Positions 15,548 through 17,079 of a stretch of 17,079 nucleotides of DNA are shown piece after piece. Position 1 is the first letter of the stretch, and each line of letters starts with the position of its first letter. Under the pieces are notes generated by a model, which did not search any database, was not told the DNA's origin, and saw only the letters and a list, made by a program, of their open reading frames with translations. Source of the DNA: an uncultured Clostridia bacterium (GTDB lineage Bacteria > Bacillota > Clostridia > Christensenellales > Pumilibacteraceae). Location: the NCBI GenBank assembly GCA_947581755.1, contig CANPVN010000033.1, forward strand, positions 1 to 17,079. Direction: 5' to 3'. The translations under genes and the position numbers were made by a program.

Positions 15548-15575
15548 TTGACTTTGTCAAGCATTTTTTTACAAT
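15548..15575 (+). promoter_or_regulatory. Sigma70-like promoter for the XRE regulator gene: TTGACT -16- TACAAT.
   Basis: ttgact at 15548-15553 and tacaat at 15570-15575, in the divergent intergenic region shared with the minus-strand operon. Confidence 0.4.
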
Positions 15576-15621
15576 AGTAAAATAAAATTTGACAAAAGAG
15601 GGAATAATTTTGGGGACAACC

Positions 15622-15915
15622 ATGTTGAACGAAAATATTCGTGGATTGAGAAAGGTGCGACATTTGAGTCAGGTAGAACTTGCGAAGGGCTTGAATGTCA
15701 GCAAACAGTGCGTTTCGAATTGGGAAAACGACAATATTCTTCCCTCGGTGGAAATGCTTGTGAAGATTGCAAAGTTTTTCGGGGTCTCCACGGACGCCCT
15801 TCTCGGAATAGATAATAAAAAGACCGTCTATGTTGACGGTCTTTCCGACGTACAAATCGATCACATCAAACTTCTGATCGAAGATTTGAAGAGAACGAAC
15901 GAAGCCTCTCTTTGA
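15622..15915 (+). CDS. XRE-family (Cro/CI-type) helix-turn-helix transcriptional regulator.
   Basis: 97 aa from ATG 15622 (MLNENIRGLRKVRHLSQVELAKGLNVSKQCVSNWENDNILPSVEMLVKIAKFFGVSTDALLG…). The motif Q-x-x-LA-x-x-x-x-VS-x-x-x-VSNWE is the canonical XRE HTH. The six-frame track starts it at TTG 15589. Confidence 0.8.
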   Translation: MLNENIRGLRKVRHLSQVELAKGLNVSKQCVSNWENDNILPSVEMLVKIAKFFGVSTDALLGIDNKKTVYVDGLSDVQIDHIKLLIEDLKRTNEASL

Positions 15916-15924
15916 ATATAAAAA

Positions 15925-16215
15925 AATCCCTTCAGTCGTGCATAAGCACGACAGATTCCCTTGCTAAGGGAAGCCACGGGTAGTGCGAATCCCCGACTTT
16001 GTTTTTTTAGCCGCCCGTGGTTCCCGCACCCCTTTGACTCCTTTATAATTGGAAATATAGAAATGAAATTCTATTAAAAGTTTTCGTATTAAAATACCTG
16101 GTTCAATGTTACTTTTCATGCTCTGAAAAGTAACCAAAAGGGCAGTGTGACGCTGCACCCATAGTCGCGAGTTGCTTGATTTTTAACTCAAGCATATTTC
16201 CGCGTTCGCGGGACA
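15925..16215 (+). repeat. Repeat cluster: P remnant plus S hairpin gtcgtgc-ataa-gcacgac (15925-15961, identical to 9870-9898), a family-unrelated hairpin-rich segment (15962-16140), and X7 (16141-16212).
   Basis: Direct sequence identity with the other copies. The central segment has its own hairpins (ccacggg…cccgtgg; ttccctt-gcta-agggaa; gttacttttc-atgctct-gaaaagtaac). Confidence 0.7.
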
Positions 16216-16413
16216 GTGCGAATAACAAATCCCCTCAGTCTCGTCGCAACACGACATTATGAGTCGCTTTTGCCGACAAGCGTCAAAAGTCTCCTCTTTA
16301 GGTCGGTTGCTCCTCTTTCGTCAAAAAGGTAAACTTTTTGACGAGGTAAGAAAAAGGTTAGATTGATTGGTACCAGCTCCCCTTAGTGGCAAAGCCACCA
16401 AAGGGAGCCAAGG
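16216..16413 (+). repeat. Mosaic element: P (16207-16248), H' block (16232-16372), and A (16375-16413) in its variant form ttagtggcaaagccaccaaaggg.
   Basis: Near-identical to 10335-10526 except for a compensatory stem change in module A. Confidence 0.85.
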
Positions 16414-16439
16414 CATAAGGTTTGATTTTGCTCCCGAAG

Positions 16440-16640
16440 GGGCCATTATAATAAATCAACCTTATAAAAAAACTAACCGAAAAGTTTATCTTTTCGGTTA
16501 AGAGGAGCAACGGAGCATAAAAGATTCCTCTTTTGAGCGATAGCGAAAAAGAGAGTCTCAAAGCGACAGTTGCGACGATGCGATGGGGTTCCGAACCTCC
16601 ACGACGCTTTTAATGTCAAGGGCATTAATTATATAAATAA
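16440..16640 (+). repeat. Mosaic element: P (16440-16459), H1 (16460-16515), H2 (16516-16577), and T in reverse (16578-16640).
   Basis: H1+H2 match positions 27-146 of this window. T is the reverse complement of 10621-10670. Confidence 0.85.
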
Positions 16641-16854
16641 AACCTTATGTCTGTCTAGCTTTTGGGGTTCACTTCAGTTTGAGTTGTTTACAGATTGTAA
16701 TCAACTGCGGATTGCGTCGCAACGCCACCGCCCGATTACAGTCAAAAGTTTATTTATTAATAATATAAACGAGCCGAAAAAAAGAAGCAGTTTCGGGAAA
16801 ACAAATCGCCCACGGATATACAACACTCGCAGGCGATTTTTTTTATTAATTATT

Positions 16855-17023
16855 AAGGTTGGATTGTTTATAATCCCCTCAGGCACCCGAAGGGTGCCGG
16901 CTCCCCTTAGCGGCAAAGCCGCCAAAGGGAGCCAAGGAAATACGACTAATTCCTTGAACGCGGAAACCACGCTGTTGTTAAAAAAAACCTCTGCCGCGAC
17001 CATGGGTGCAGCGTCACGCTGCC
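16855..17023. repeat. Mosaic element: P (16857-16880), hairpin gcaccc-gaa-gggtgcc (16881-16897), A (16895-16932), and X8 in reverse (16952-17023).
   Basis: The modules are as elsewhere. X8 equals X5 except for the internal loop (ttgttaaaaaaaacc versus tgaattaaaagcaacc). Confidence 0.85.
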
Positions 17024-17079
17024 TCGACAACGTATTGCGAAGTTTATTCTATATAATAAAGAAACGAAGCGAAGAAACG

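Noticed and set aside
15538-15864. A 108-aa minus-strand ORF overlapping the XRE regulator gene at 15538-15864.
   Set aside because: It is antisense to an ORF with a canonical XRE helix-turn-helix and a matching promoter. It has no RBS. It is an overlap artefact.

Overview
This is a 17-kb bacterial chromosomal window of about 50% GC. It holds five compact transcription units, four of them on the minus strand. Unit 1 runs nfeD-like -> flotillin -> large glycoside hydrolase (GH78-like) | terminator | MMPL/RND-type transporter -> CvpA-like membrane protein -> initiator tRNA-fMet. Unit 2 is a monocistronic rubrerythrin with a clean sigma70-like promoter and an intrinsic terminator. Unit 3 is an ArsR/SmtB(CadC)-type metalloregulator, a separate 73-aa HMA metal-binding ORF, and a CPC-type heavy-metal P-type ATPase (CadA/ZntA-like). 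Unit 4 is an operon of three small secreted or membrane-anchored proteins, one with a WxL-like C-terminus. Unit 5 is a divergently oriented XRE-family HTH regulator of that operon. Rubrerythrin and the WxL-like protein suggest an anaerobic, low-GC Gram-positive-like host; that is inference only. The striking feature is a family of mosaic, hairpin-rich intergenic repeats with no coding capacity. Every gap between transcription units (1-318, 8367-9173, 9726-10955, 13593-14101, 15916-17079; about 4 kb, roughly 23% of the window) is filled with it. The family is built from about six short modules (here called P, S, H1/H2 or the variant H', A, X, T) that recur in shuffled order and in both orientations. 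It includes a 39-bp x4 tandem array and a 58-bp perfect inverted-repeat pair. Several stems differ between copies by compensatory (pair-preserving) substitutions, which argues for selection on secondary structure as RNA or ssDNA. No transposase, integrase, Cas or reverse-transcriptase gene is present in the window. All six-frame ORFs that fall inside the repeats are artefacts of repeated DNA.
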